Positions 27,210-39,664 of a stretch of DNA of 64,000 nucleotides are shown piece by piece. The DNA is from Girardia tigrina (Eukaryota). Under the pieces are notes generated by a model that was not told where the DNA came from, ran no database searches, and saw only the letters and a list, made by a program, of their open reading frames with translations. A program made the position numbers and the translations under genes. Position 1 is the first letter of the stretch. Each line of letters opens with the position of its first letter. The stretch lies in the NCBI GenBank assembly GCA_001938485.1, contig MQRK01228128.1, positions 71,853 to 135,852 on the forward strand. Direction: 5' to 3'.

Positions 27210-29150
27210 ATTCTGCAAGCAAGGACAGTATTGTTTTACTCGTATGCCGTTTGGTATAGCGGCTGTGCCGGGAACTTTCCAAGAGATGATGACAAAGGTA
27301 CTCGGAGGAATCAAGGGTGCACTGTATACTTAGATGATATCTTGGTATACACAAAAGATCGGGAGCAACACTATATTGTTTTGAATCAAGTTTTAGATAA
27401 TATTAGGAAAGCAGGATTGCGGGTGAACCAAGAAAAATGTCAATTGTTGAAACGGGAAATCAAATTCCTTGGACATATAGTTAACGAAGACGGTGTTAAA
27501 ACGGACCCGTCTAAGATTGAAGCAATAAGAACGTTTGGGAAGCCAAAGTGTGTAAAAAACTTACGCAGTTTTTTGGGCATTTGTAAATATTATCGACAAT
27601 TTATAAAACAGTATGCAAAGAAATCCAGAGTATTAGAACAATTATGCGGATCGAATAACAATAAAAAAACTAAATTGGACAAACGAGCTAAAGTTAACAT
27701 TCGAAGAGATGAAGAATGCATTAATTACAAGCCCAGACATGAAAAGAGATTTATTCTAGATACGGATGCTAGTTTCGACACCATTGGAGCCGTGTTAGCA
27801 CAGAGGGACGATCAAGGAAAGAAAAGAGTTGTAGCTTATGGGTCGCGATCAATGAATAGTCACGAGAAGGGCTATTGTGTTACAAGAAAAGAACTGCTTG
27901 TTATGTATTATTTTTGCAACCATTTTAGACATTTTCTGTATGGTAAACGGTTTACTTTGTGTACCGACCATAAAGCAATCACTAGGAAGTCAATTACATC
28001 GCAGTTTCTAACGTGAATTAACTATCTGAGCAGTCTGGATATGAAGTTAGAATTTCGAAAAGGATCTTTGCACACGAATGATGATATGCTTTCAAGGATG
28101 AATTGTGATACGTGTACTTAATGTTTGATGCAATACGAGGAAGCTAAGACAGAAAAAATCAAGACACGTGTACTGGATGTTGTATCAAAAGATGAAACCA
28201 CAAAGCCACTCGAAGTTATTATCTGGGAAACCCATCGGATGTTGGCACACGCGGGTGCAAGAAAAGTTGAGTATTATTTAAGATACTCTAAGGATTTTGA
28301 CAAGCTGAAAGGTAAGATCAAAGAAACTGTATGCAGTTGTGAATCATGCCAAAAGTATAAGACATATACAACAAAAACAAAAGAGAACATGATAAAATTA
28401 GAAGCTGCCGAGGTTTTTGAATGTATTTATGTAGATATTTGTGGACCGTTGAAGGAGACTTCTGGGAAAAAGAAGTATATACTAGGCATCATTGATCAGT
28501 TCAGTAAATACATTACGTTATTAGCAATATCGAAACAAGATGAAGAGTCGATAATAAAAGGAATAATGCGGAATTGTATACTGAAATTTGGTTCTCCCAA
28601 GGCGATGAATGTGGATTGTGGTAAGGTTTTTGAATCAAAAAAAGATGAAAGAGTTCGCAGAGAAACAGAATTTTGAAATTAGATTCTCCAGCCCATATCA
28701 TCATAACATAAACGGATAAATTGAACGACAATTCCGTACGGTGAGAGAATTGATAAATGCAACATAGCATGTAATAAGAAGTTCGGACTGGGCAGAGATT
28801 CTACCGGAGATCGAGTTCTCATTAAATGCCACATTACAGACGACTATCGGGATAAGTCCTGCTTAAATCATTTTCGGAAAGACGCATTAGCAGGGAGAAA
28901 TGGGATGGAAAAAATAGCAAGACATTTCAATATGAGCGGGACCAGGAGCCTATCACGAGAAGACAATTCTTTCCAGGAGATGATGTATTGGTAAAAGTAG
29001 AATCTAGAACAAAAGATCAAGGGAGATACGACGGGCCATATAAAGTCGTTCGAAAAGTACATGATAGAAGATATGTTCTTGAAGATATGTCAGGTCAAAC
29101 ATGTGAAAGAAATGTGGAGAAAATTAAAAAAATCTTGCGTGCGGGGGTTG
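27210..29150 (+). mobile_element. Ty3/Gypsy pol fragment (RT, RNase H, integrase), decayed
   Basis: RMPFG, YLDD, LDTDAS, RKELL, TDHKA, HHCC zinc motif, VDICGP, IIDQFSK and GPY motifs. Ends at a G-run PPT with no recognisable LTR. Confidence 0.95.
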
Positions 29151-30462
29151 AAAAACCCAGAAACGTTTTTCAATTGCGGATTTTTCAGAAATCGCCAGGC
29201 AACTGGCTGATGCTAACTGCTTATCCTTTTGTACTGTTTCTAAAATCTTTCAATAATTTGCTTAAAAAAGGCCAAGAATATTCGTTGTAATCTAATCAAA
29301 ATAATAATAATGAGAATAATAATAAAATTAATAATTTAAGTAATTATCAAAATGGTTAAAATATAAATTATGGCATTTCATATGTTATTTTCCACATGAA
29401 CGGTTTTCAAAGATTTGTTATTGAAGCATAAAGAATGAAATTAGATGAATTATTCATCAAAAAGTAAAATTAGACGAAGCAAAACCAAATCATTACAAGG
29501 GGGGTCTTGTAATGCGGTGAAAAAAATTAATAAAAAGAACTTTTATGTAGAAATAATTCAACAGAAAAATCAGATGAAAGGATTCATTAAAAAAAACAAC
29601 AATATTCAAAAAAGAAAATATTTTTACTGAAAATTTTATAAATAATTTAATAAAATGATAAAGTTAAACAATTATTTCTCTTTGGAAATTCAATTTGTAT
29701 TTTTTTGTTTTAATAAATGCTTATGTAAAATGTCTTAAGTTCAATTTTCTAAGCTGATTATATTTTATTTTATTTTTTAAATCAAATAATTTTTTTGTTT
29801 TAAATGTTTGAATATTTTTAGTTGAACATATTTGTGTATTCGATTTACTTCAAATAAAATATTACAAAGGGATCAGATTGATTAGAAATTCTATTTAATT
29901 TACCTGATCAGATCTATGAAAGGGGAATGTTGATTTTCTTTTTACAGGAACTGAATTCTTTAGGATGGCGATTTTCTGTTTGACGGACTTAAGGGTATTG
30001 GAGAAACTGTCGCAAGAATGGGGAGGATTGTTTTCCTCGACCTCCACCGACTTCGTTTGACTCAAATTTACCGTTGGACTTTTTTTAAGAGCCTAATTAA
30101 TGAAGATGTTAATAATATTAAATTATATTTGAAATACATCTCATATATTTTTAAACAAACTGATTGTAGTGACCACAATTTATTAATTTAATTTTAACAA
30201 TCAAAACTTAATAACAAAAAAATGTGTAAAAAATGCGAAATTTAATTTTTAAAAACAATGGAGTGAATTGACAACAATAGAACAGAAAAAAATGTCGGAA
30301 ATTAATTCAAAAAAAAGAATTAATTAAATTAATGTTATTTTAATAATTTATAATTTTTAAATGATTTTTGAAATAAATTCTTTTTTTGTGCTGGAATGCG
30401 TTTTCAAATTGCTCATTATTAAATTGTCAATAAAAATCTGATTTTTATTCTACGACTCGAAA

Positions 30463-30708
30463 ATGTATTCGATTTTCCAATCGGCTACTATCGGTAACAC
30501 TTACATCAAGTCGACCAGTGTGAACAGCGTCAGGTTACTCAACCAGTCGCTCTCCACCGGCGTCAATCTGTCTCATTTGAATCAATCAGCGGCCAACAAC
30601 AACGGTTTCAACATCACCAATCATATAAATGGCACCAACGGCAAGGAATTCGATTTCTCCGTGTTATCATCGCGTCTCAGCTCGATCGCCCTCAAATCGA
30701 ATCGATGA
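30463..30708 (+). CDS. Putative small ORF or first coding exon, Ser/Asn-rich, unknown product
   Basis: aaaATG start with strongly G/C-ending codons in an otherwise very AT-rich region. No TE motifs recognised. Confidence 0.45.
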   Translation: MYSIFQSATIGNTYIKSTSVNSVRLLNQSLSTGVNLSHLNQSAANNNGFNITNHINGTNGKEFDFSVLSSRLSSIALKSNR

Positions 30709-31199
30709 CGTTTTGGAGCTTTAGGGCAAGATGGCGGCCCCCAATATATCTCAACGCCATCCGAAACCGGTAGGTTATTATTATTTTTTAACAGTTTCTC
30801 CCTAAACAAACTCCAGGCACTGGTCGGTGATTGGACCCGTTGAGTCCACAGTGAGACGGCGCAGCGTCCCCACTACACTGATAATACAAAAAAGCAGTAT
30901 ATATATATATATATATNNNNNNNNNNNNNNNNNNNNNNNNNNNNNNNNNNNNNNNNNNNNNNNNNNNNNNNNNNNNNNNNNNNNNNNNNNNNNNNNNNNN
31001 NNNNNTGGCGGTTAGTTTTCGAAACCAATGAAACAACGACTCAACATAAAACACCGCTCAAACTCCAACTTTTCTCTAAAGAATTATCAGGGGTGAGAAA
31101 TCATGGAAATCAAGAAATGCCAAAAATGACAATAGAAAATAAAAGCAATGCAAATAGTCATTTTTAATATTCATTATGTTGTGCAACAGGAATATCTAC

Positions 31200-31930
31200 G
31201 TAAATAATAGTAATTACCGATCTTTCCCAAGTGGTTTTCAAGTAAATTTAATAAAGAAGCTGGTACATCAATCTCTGCATGTACTGAATGAATCATCTGA
31301 CATTCGAAGGAAAGTATTAACTTGGTCCTTACAATTGGTCTGCTCGACATGGATTCAGAACCAAGTTTCTAAGGCAAGCAGAACGTGATAGAATGACTTG
31401 CGCAGAAAACATAGTTACATTTTTTGTTCAGCACACAATTAAGCATCCAATGTTGCACTGGGCAACAAAGTCTGGTGTCGTCCCACTCAACGAAAAGCAA
31501 CTGTTGTTCGACCAAAACTCATTTAACCAAAAACTGCCGTTGACTGTCACCAGTGGTGAGAAGATTAGTGGGGATGAGGGCATTACAGAGACAGTGACCT
31601 CTGAAGGATATGTGGAGTTCCTTTGGTCAACAGGAGAACAATGGCCGTATATTCCTCATCGTCCCAAGAAGGTCAGTAAGTTTCTGTGACCACACAACTA
31701 TGCTCGCCTACACATCTCGCAATATAAAATGGAGTTCCTTTAGCGTCGTGGTGTCATCAAGAACATGGTATACAGTCCAGACTTAAATCAGTGTGACCGT
31801 TGGGTTTTCAAATTCTTCGAACATTCATTTCGTGGTTTGAAGTTTGTGGATGATTAGGAGATTCTCAACAAGTACATTTCGAAACTAAGTTTTCTGCTTC
31901 AACACTGTAGAATTATGTAATCATATTAAT
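31200..31930 (+). mobile_element. Decayed mariner-like transposase
   Basis: TVTSEGYVEFL, HNYARLH (HDNARPH-like) and YSPDLNQCD motifs. Confidence 0.65.
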
Positions 31931-32985
31931 TATTCAAAAAAGATGATGAGTCACTGGATTGTCCAATCAAGTTACTCATCAACTTTATTGAATGGTTTTG
32001 CGTGAAACAGCGATTAAATAATCGATTGTGTAATCATATTGATTTTGTTGTTCCATTTTAATTAAAACATTAAAAAGTTCTTTTTTTATAATAATTCCGG
32101 GAATTTTCTGGTTTCTCTTGAAATTTGAGTTTATTCTCTGCTAAAATCGTATTAAATATTATTATAATGCCATTTAAAACAGCTCAAATGTCTCTAGTTT
32201 TATAATAACCAACAACTTCTTTAAGCACGTTCATTCATGTGGAACATTAGAATATTAAATTCCGTTCAATTAAATTTTCTTCAAAGAATTTCGTTTCATT
32301 AATTCGTAAAAGTTTATTTACTGATTTCTTAAAGCTACGAAATTATAATTGTAAAATATTAAAATATAAATTCATAAAATGTGGATTGCACTCAGTTAAA
32401 TTAGTCTAAAACTATATTATTATACAATAAATAAAATAGGATATTATTGGAAAAGAAGAATTATGAATAATATAGAAAAAATAATCCAAAATTATCCAAT
32501 TAAACAAACTTTTTACTGAAAAACAAAAACTATTTTTATTTATATTTTTTAAACAAACTCTACAATTGCAAATTCTAAAAGTACGAAATATATAAATAAT
32601 AAAAAATATAAATAAAATCAAAGCTCTTTATTCACATATATAATTAAATTATTTATTAAAATTGAATGAAATCATTTAAACAAACAAATCTAAAACAATG
32701 GTCTCGTCTTTTAACGATAGATTTTACAGAAGAGACAAATATTCCGCTACAAAATCGATTTGTATTAAGTGGTCAATTATGACCGCATTTTTCGTTTTTG
32801 CTTTGATTAAATAAATATTTTTTTATTCTATTTGGAAATTGACAAAAAAATCTTTTTAATTTATTTTAAACAAATAATTTTTTGCTGATTATTCTTTTTA
32901 TTTTGTAGAAATAATAATTTTCAGTATAATTTATGTTAGGTTCGATATCAAAAGTTGAATTCATAACACCAAAATTTTATTAATA

Positions 32986-34259
32986 TTGGGTTGACCAAAA
33001 AGTCATTGCGTTTTTTACTAAAATATTTATTATCAAAATATGACATGGATGCACAAATATTTTTACACGATATACTGTCCATTATTTTCAATCACTCTCT
33101 TCCACCTTTTCGGTACCTTCATTATTCCTGATTCATAAAAAACCTTTGCCTTTGTCAGCAAAAAAGCCGTCTAGGAACGATTTGATGTCATCATCACTGG
33201 CGAATGTTTTTCTGTTTAAGGAATTCTGCAGTGATCTAAATAAGTGAAAATCCGATGGGACCAAGTCTGGAAAATACGGTGGGTGCAGCAAAACCTCTCA
33301 ACCCAGTGATAAGAGTTTCTGGCGAGTGGTCAAACTTGTATGCGGTCTTGCGTTATCATGCTGAATTACAACTCCTTTTCGATTTGCCAATTCAGGACGT
33401 TCCTGTTGAATTGAATTTCTCCAGCTGACCACAATATCTGTCTGAATTTATGGTTTCATTCCTCGGAAGGAGTTCAAAAAACACAATTTCTTTAAAATCC
33501 CACCAGACGGAAAGCATAACCTTCTTTTGGTGAATTTCTGCTTTTGGGATCGTTTTGGCAGACTCACCACGTTTTGTCCATGATCGTGGGCGTTCCACAT
33601 TGTTGTAAACAATCCATTTTTCGTCACTCATAATCAAGCGCTTCAAAAATGGATCACTTTGTTCTCGCTTCAAAAGGGAATCACAAATGTCTATACGTTT
33701 CACCAAATGAATATCTTTCAGTTCATGTTGTAACCACATATCGAGTTTACTGACGAATTCAAGTTTCTTTAAATGATTTCCAACACTTGATTTTGATATT
33801 TCCAGAGTCTCTGCAACTTCTCTTGTCGTCATATGTGGATTAGATTTCATCAGTGCTGTTATTTTGTCGCCATCAACTTCAACTGGTCGACCGGAGCGTG
33901 GTGCATTTTTCAGATTAAATTTTTCAGAACGAAATTTAGAAAACCAGTATTGACACTGTCGAAGTTTTAAGGAGTCACTACCATATACAAAATATATCTT
34001 CTTATGAGCTTGCACAGCGGTTTTCCCTTTGCGAAAATAATGCAACAAAACATGACGAATATGTTCATTTTGATTTTCCATTTCGAATTGACGGTAAAGT
34101 ATAAATTAAAACAAAATCAATAAATATTTTGTATAAACGTAGTCTGAAAATTAAGGTTTCAGAATATATAATTGAATTTAAATTTTTCACATCATTTTAT
34201 ATTTTCAAGCTTTTTATTAGGACGTACTCAAAAACGCAATGACTTTTTGGCCAACCAAA
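32986..34259 (-). mobile_element. Full-length mariner element (1274 bp)
   Basis: 29-bp TIR TTGGGTTGACCAAAAAGTCATTGCGTTTT with 2 mismatches at the other end, and TA TSD. Confidence 0.95.
33060..34081 (-). pseudogene. Mariner D,D34D transposase, frameshifted
   Basis: WFSKFRS, RSGRP, WLQHEL, MSDEKW and KVMLSVWWD, then after a frameshift HDNARPH and YFPDLVPSDFHLF. Confidence 0.93.
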
Positions 34260-35149
34260 TATATCACAATAACATATTTTTAGAAACAAATTTAAGAGGA
34301 AAAATTTTTACCTTTACGCAAACCATACACGAAGATAATACGAGTACTTAATACTTAAAATACAACAGTTTTTTTATTATTGAATTTGATTGGGTGGGGA
34401 ACTGAGAGCATCTGGGCCCATAGAGACGCACTCCCCACTTCATTTTTATAACTGGATTCAACAAAAATTCAATTGAAATTCGTTTTTTTATCAGTTCCAT
34501 CAACGAACAATATTATAAACTCTAAGTCGAGAAAATATGTCTTCCATGGCGCCGATGTCCTACATGAGAAAATTTATATTCTTCCATCAAAACTCCTGGA
34601 GATTACTGCCGATTGTCGGAGACTTTAGCAACACCTCTTTAGTCATCAATCGATACAATAATGTCGTTTTACAGTCGTTATCGAGACCGACTATGATTAC
34701 TTTTCTCGGTCGTTTACTCCAAAAACTCATTAATTTCGTTAACAGTAATCCCATTGATTGGAAATTAAATTTAATGTTTATTTGTCATATAAAGTAATTT
34801 CAAATACGAAAAATTCTGGAGATACTAAATGAATATAAAAAAAATAGATTTAGAAAAAAAGTTACAATTTAATACACACATCTCTGAGCATTTAAACAAC
34901 AACGCGAATAATAGAAGTAAAACATACTGTTCACAAATACCATTTCTTTTTAAAATATATGTTTTTTACATAATAATAATTAATTTTTGTAAATAAATAT
35001 ACAATTTAAAAATTTATATATTTTTTTAATATATTTTTTATTATATTTATTTATATTTTTTTAAATATATTTTAATTTCTATTAGCGATCCCATTCAATT
35101 ATATTTTAATTAGTACATCTCCGTTATTTGTCTGACTCAACAAATTTTA

Positions 35150-35700
35150 TTTTCGTATCTGACCGAAATAATTATAAAGAAAACTAGATGCGATAAGTCT
35201 CAAACCCAAGCAGCAATTCTTCCATCCCAAACGACGACAACCGGTGAACAACAACTGAAACCTAAGTGCAATGATTTTGTCGTGCTTCGACTGATTTTTA
35301 CACCCCGTATTGAATTAATTCAATAAATTATATTCCCTCCAAAAACAACTTAATCATGGAATAAAATCGGCTGCAATCAAGTCCTACTTAAAAGGGGGAA
35401 AGAAGAAAAATTCAAGTCTTATTTGCTTGAATGCGCAAATTGGGAATACAACAATGATTGAATTATAACAAGCTTCTTCAATTGTAAACCGTCCGGCAAT
35501 TTGAGTTCTTTTTTGATAGCCCATAATTTTATCATTTCCAGTTAAAAAATCGTTTTCCTTTTTACTCAAGTCTTCAAAGACACTTCAATTTATAAAAAAT
35601 AGATTTATTTGCAAGACGAAACATTGTGCTTTACATTCTATTTAAACAACTTTGATTTTACTAATATTTTTGTAAATATGCATCTTCAAAACCTTCAAAT
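35150..35700. repeat. Local three-copy repeat, copy A (B ~36270-36800, C ~40138-40370)
   Basis: Identical 50-nt core at 35423-35472, 36555-36604 and 40213-40262 with diverged flanks. Confidence 0.9.
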
Positions 35701-35911
35701 TATGAAACCTTAATTCTTTGATCTCATTAATATTTTATTTATGGAAGCAATGTAAGAATAAAACTTCTTCTTTTCCCAAGAATGTGTTTTCAGTTCTTCA
35801 GAAGGGTTTCTATTCACATTACGAGCGATAGTTCTGTAATTTATCAAGACAATACAACCAAATTTATTACTTTTATTTTAGCTTTTCTTTTTTTTCTTTT
35901 TTTTTAGACAC

Positions 35912-36160
35912 TGTGATGAATGTTTTGAATTGTTTGTTGTTTTATTTTTTACATGTTGTACTTTGATTCGGATTGTGTCTCTCCTATCCAGATGGTTGAT
36001 TGGTATAGAATCTTTATAATAAATAATTATTAATAAAACTTTTTCATTTATTGTAAAATTACATTTTAATGATTACATTTTAAAATGAGCTTTAAGTAAA
36101 TTATATTGCAACAATATCAAATTAGCTTTCACAACATTCAATATTATAACATTAAGAGAA
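35912..36160 (+). mobile_element. Solo LTR family fragment
   Basis: TGTGATGAATG...GATTGTGTCTCTCCTATCCAGATGG. Confidence 0.6.
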
Positions 36161-37765
36161 CGAAAACGACATAGATATTATTATTATTATTGTTTTCCAA
36201 AAATCCATAAAATTTCTTAGAAATATCAACAAGTAGACAAAAGAAAACGACATTTTATCTGACTTAAGAAATTAATTTACCGAAATTTTACTTTCGTGTC
36301 TCTTACCGAAATAAATAGCAGAAAAAAACTGAAGAAACGAAAAATCTTCAATCCCAAATGACGAAAAACTGCGAATAAATACTGAAACCTAAGTGCAATG
36401 ATTCTGCCGTGCAACGACTGATTTTTACACCCGGTCTTAGGAATAAATTCAATCAACTAATTTCTCTCTCCGAAAAAAATTTAATCATAGAATAAAATCG
36501 GTTGCAATCAAGTCTTTTTTAAAAGGGAAAAAAGAAAAAATTTTCAAGTCTTATTTGCTTGAATGCGCAAATTGGGAATACAACAATGATTGAATTATAA
36601 CAAGATCCGTCAATGGTAAACAGTCCGGCAATTTGAGTTCTTTTTCAAAATCACATAATTTTATCATTCCCAGTTAATAAACAATTCTCATCTTTCCCGG
36701 GTCTACAAGAACACTTAAATTTATAAACCAATTTTTTGCTAGAGGACACTGTATATACCATTGAAACAACTTTCATTCAACTAATATTTTTGTCAATATC
36801 CGTTATCAAGGTCACCAAACCGCATTTCATAATTAGTTTGATATCAATCTTTGATTATATATTTAAACAAACTTTCTGTTATCAAATTTATAAAAAAATA
36901 AATTAATGAATTTAATTTCAAGACAGTTTCCAAAAAATTAATTATTTGGGAGATTTAGAATTTGAATTCACGTCATACAAGCATACTTTTACATTAAACA
37001 TTTCGTACAAACATTTATAATTTTAATCATACCTTACATCCATCTTAGATGTTTTACAGCTTTAGATTTTTATATTAATATTTGTTTATGCTCATTATTA
37101 TTTTATTTCTAGTTTCATTGAAAGAATAGATATTTTTTTTGTTTCAAAGGATGATTTCTACATTTGAATTTCATGAAGTTGAAGGATAACTTTGATGGTA
37201 ATAACCTCGATATATTGTTCGAAGTTCATGTTACATTCACAGATCGTTTAAACATCCACAAGATATACTTTGGTGGGTTTTTCACAATTTGATTAGTGTC
37301 CTAATTGGATCTTCTTACTCAGAAAGATTGAACTCTTGAACATAGAAATGACTTTCCTCAGTAAAAACAAAATCATTATAGAATATTAAGTAAATAATAT
37401 AATGCATCCTTCATTATTAAGAACATTAATTGGGTTTTCTTTACATTTATTTATTCGTTTCTCTTATATTTGTTTTCTTAGTTTTTCTTGAACGAAATTT
37501 TCCATGGTCTACGTTTAATTGAAACATATACAGTCAGATAGTTTATTATTATGTTATGAAACTTCTTTCATTTCAGTTGGTGTTTTGAAGTCGTTCAGTT
37601 GAGAGTTTATTTGTGTATAACAAATTAAATGAGTGTGAGCAATATTTGGAATGTTGTGTGTTGATTTGAAATTGTGTCCTATGACTCAGATGGCTGATTA
37701 ATAATTTAATTCTTAATACCTGAAACTTATCAAATTTAGATTTATTATGCAAAATTATTGTTAAT

Positions 37766-37835
37766 CGGTGAGGCGACTTTTCCGCGGCGACTTTACCGCG
37801 GGTGACTTTACAGCGGGCGACTTTATCGCGGATTT
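37766..37835. repeat. GC-rich (GGCGACTTT.CCGC)n array, likely a foldback/Mutator MITE end
   Basis: Four tandem 14-15-bp units truncating the LTR that starts at 37634. Confidence 0.6.
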
Positions 37836-37942
37836 TTTCAGATTTTTAATTAAGATATTTTTTATCATTACTACCGAATAATGCTTTATTAAAATATTTT
37901 CTCTCTGTTCTATCGCAAGAAGATGCTTTTGGAAATGAAAGA

Positions 37943-39664
37943 GTGATTGCCTATGGTTCACATTCAATGAGCAAACATGAGATAGGATACTGTGTAACTA
38001 GGAAAGAGTTATTGGCTATTTATTATNNNNNTCAACATTTCAAGCACTATTTATATGGTAAGAGATTTACTCTTAGGACGGATCATAAAGCAATAACATT
38101 CATGCTTACAACTAAGAAACCGATTACATCTCAATTCCAAACATGGATCAATTTTTTAAGCAGTTTGGACATCAATATGCAGCACAGAAAAGGAATCAAT
38201 CATACCAATGCAGATTCTTTATCACGTAGCAAATGTGAAAATATCTCGCAGTGCAAAATGAATCATGAAGAAGCACAGAAAGGTAAGTTAAAGACAAAAA
38301 TATTAGCTCTGATGACAGAATCCAATGGTGAGAAACGGCAAAGAAATGATGGAGAAATCAAAAAAATCAAAGAAGATGTGGAAAAACAAAATACGAGAAG
38401 TTTTCGGATAGAAAACGATGTTATTCTCACAACTGAGGGTAAAATATGGATACCATATAACAAACGGAGTCAGTTCATTATTGAAACCCATAAATTATTA
38501 TGTCATGCTGGATTTAAAANNNNNNNNNNNNNNNNNNNNNNNNNNNNNNNNNNNNNNNNNNNNNNNNNNNNNNNNNNNNNNNNNNNNNNNNNNNNNNNNN
38601 NNNNNNNNNNNNNNNNNNNNNNNNNNNNNNNNNNNNNNNNNNNNNNNNNNNNNNNNNNNNNNNNNNNNNNNNNNNNNNNNNNNNNNNNNNNNNNNNNNNN
38701 NNNNNNNNNNNNNNNNNNNNNNNCAAGGAAAAAAGTACATTTTAGCTATTATAGATCAATTTAGTCGATACATTTCTTTAAATGCTGTGGCCAAACAAGA
38801 TGAAAATACAACTGCTGATATACTTTTGAATCGATGGATATTTAAATATGGTGCACCTCGAGTAATGTATTTAGATTGTGGAAAATCGTTCCAATCCAAA
38901 GTTATGAAGGAGTTAGCAGAACGTTATAAAATTCAGATTCAATATTCAAGTCCATATCATCACAACACCAATGGGCTAATCTAAAGACAATTTAGGACAA
39001 TTCGAGGTTTTATATCTTCTTCTTTAAAAGATAAAAATGGAAAAACTTGGGTCGACTTATTGCCAGAAGTTGAATATTCCTTAAATGCCACAACACAAAA
39101 GTCAATCGGAATGAGTCCAGCAGAAGTCATATTTGGTTTCCCGATAAATAGACAATGGAATAGTAATAAAGAGATAGGAAGAAATCATGAAGATATTTTA
39201 AATACCGTTAGACAAAATCAAAGTAAAATTGCATATGATAATAGTAAACGGGGAAATAGAGAATTTAATGTGGGAGAACATGTTCTAGTCAAAGTTGAAA
39301 CCAGAAGTAATAAAGATGATAACCGTTACGAGGGGCCGATGAAAATTCATAAAAAGCGACATGACAGAAGCTATGAATTACAAGATAAAAACGGAAAATT
39401 ATTGGTGAGGAATATAGAGTGGTTGAAACCTTTTAAAGCGCGGGGGATGCGAGATATTATAGAATTAAATTTAAATTAATTAAATGAAATATTACACAAT
39501 CACCAAATTTAGAATAATTCTAAATTTGTATTATATAACAATTATGGGGTCGAGAGTAGAGTTAACCTTTGACTCTCCATTTATTTTGTATATAACTGAT
39601 GTATGTGTGTTTGTGATTTAGTTTATTTAAATATATTTTAGTGCAGATCTTTTGTCTTCTAACA
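37943..39664 (+). mobile_element. Ty3/Gypsy 3' part (RNase H, integrase, PPT, 3' LTR ~39448-39664)
   Basis: IAYGS, RKELLAI, RTDHKA, IIDQFSR, SPYHHNTNG and YEGP motifs. PPT GCGGGGGA then TG...CTAACA. Abuts a minus-strand solo-LTR remnant (39665-39722). Confidence 0.92.

Noticed and set aside
38498-38740. ORFs made of X residues or IYIY runs (also ~11943, 15468, 30788, 55452, 62618)
   Set aside because: Artefacts of N gaps and (TA)n microsatellites.
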